Of a stretch of 64,000 nucleotides of DNA, positions 63,971-64,000 are shown in pieces; position 1 is the first letter of the stretch; every line of letters begins with the position of its first letter. Below the pieces are notes generated by a model. It worked only from the letters and a program-made list of their open reading frames with translations, did no database searches and had not been told where the DNA came from. Origin of the DNA: Isurus oxyrinchus. Lineage: Eukaryota. The position numbers and the translations under genes are program-made. Location of the stretch: contig JANJGN010000119.1 in the NCBI GenBank assembly GCA_026770705.1, forward strand, positions 930,001-994,000, in the 5' to 3' direction.

Positions 63971-64000
63971 AAGTGTAATGGTTATTTATCTTAGTTTCTA

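Noticed and set aside
1-64000. Ig/TCR segments with recombination signals; CRISPR or other prokaryotic systems
   Set aside because: Scattered cacagtg heptamers lack spaced nonamers and V/J coding segments; the sequence is eukaryotic with no repeat-spacer array

Overview
Eukaryotic, repeat-dense genomic DNA, most consistent with a cartilaginous fish (shark-type CR1, L2, Penelope, Gmr1 and Harbinger repeats plus GPR139-like genes). I found no intact protein-coding gene. Host content is two pseudogenised two-exon GPR139-like class A GPCRs plus a third C-terminal stub, decayed NLR-type LRR exons, and a tRNA-Thr pseudogene, all on the minus strand. Two Gmr1-type Gypsy LTR elements (PR-IN-RT-RH order) occupy 5.3-18.5 kb. 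The main unexpected signal is that much of the apparently unique sequence, read across frameshifts on the minus strand, resembles foamy-virus (spumaretrovirus) Env. There are about seven or eight diverged pieces, with weaker integrase-, Gag- and LTR-like traces. They lie inside the intron of, upstream of and directly downstream of the GPCR genes, in the same orientation. One near-complete env can be reassembled across both Gypsy insertions. Two other retroviral env-like remnants from different lineages are also present. All protein matches were made by eye against remembered reference sequences and need HMM/tBLASTn confirmation. Boundaries of decayed elements are approximate.
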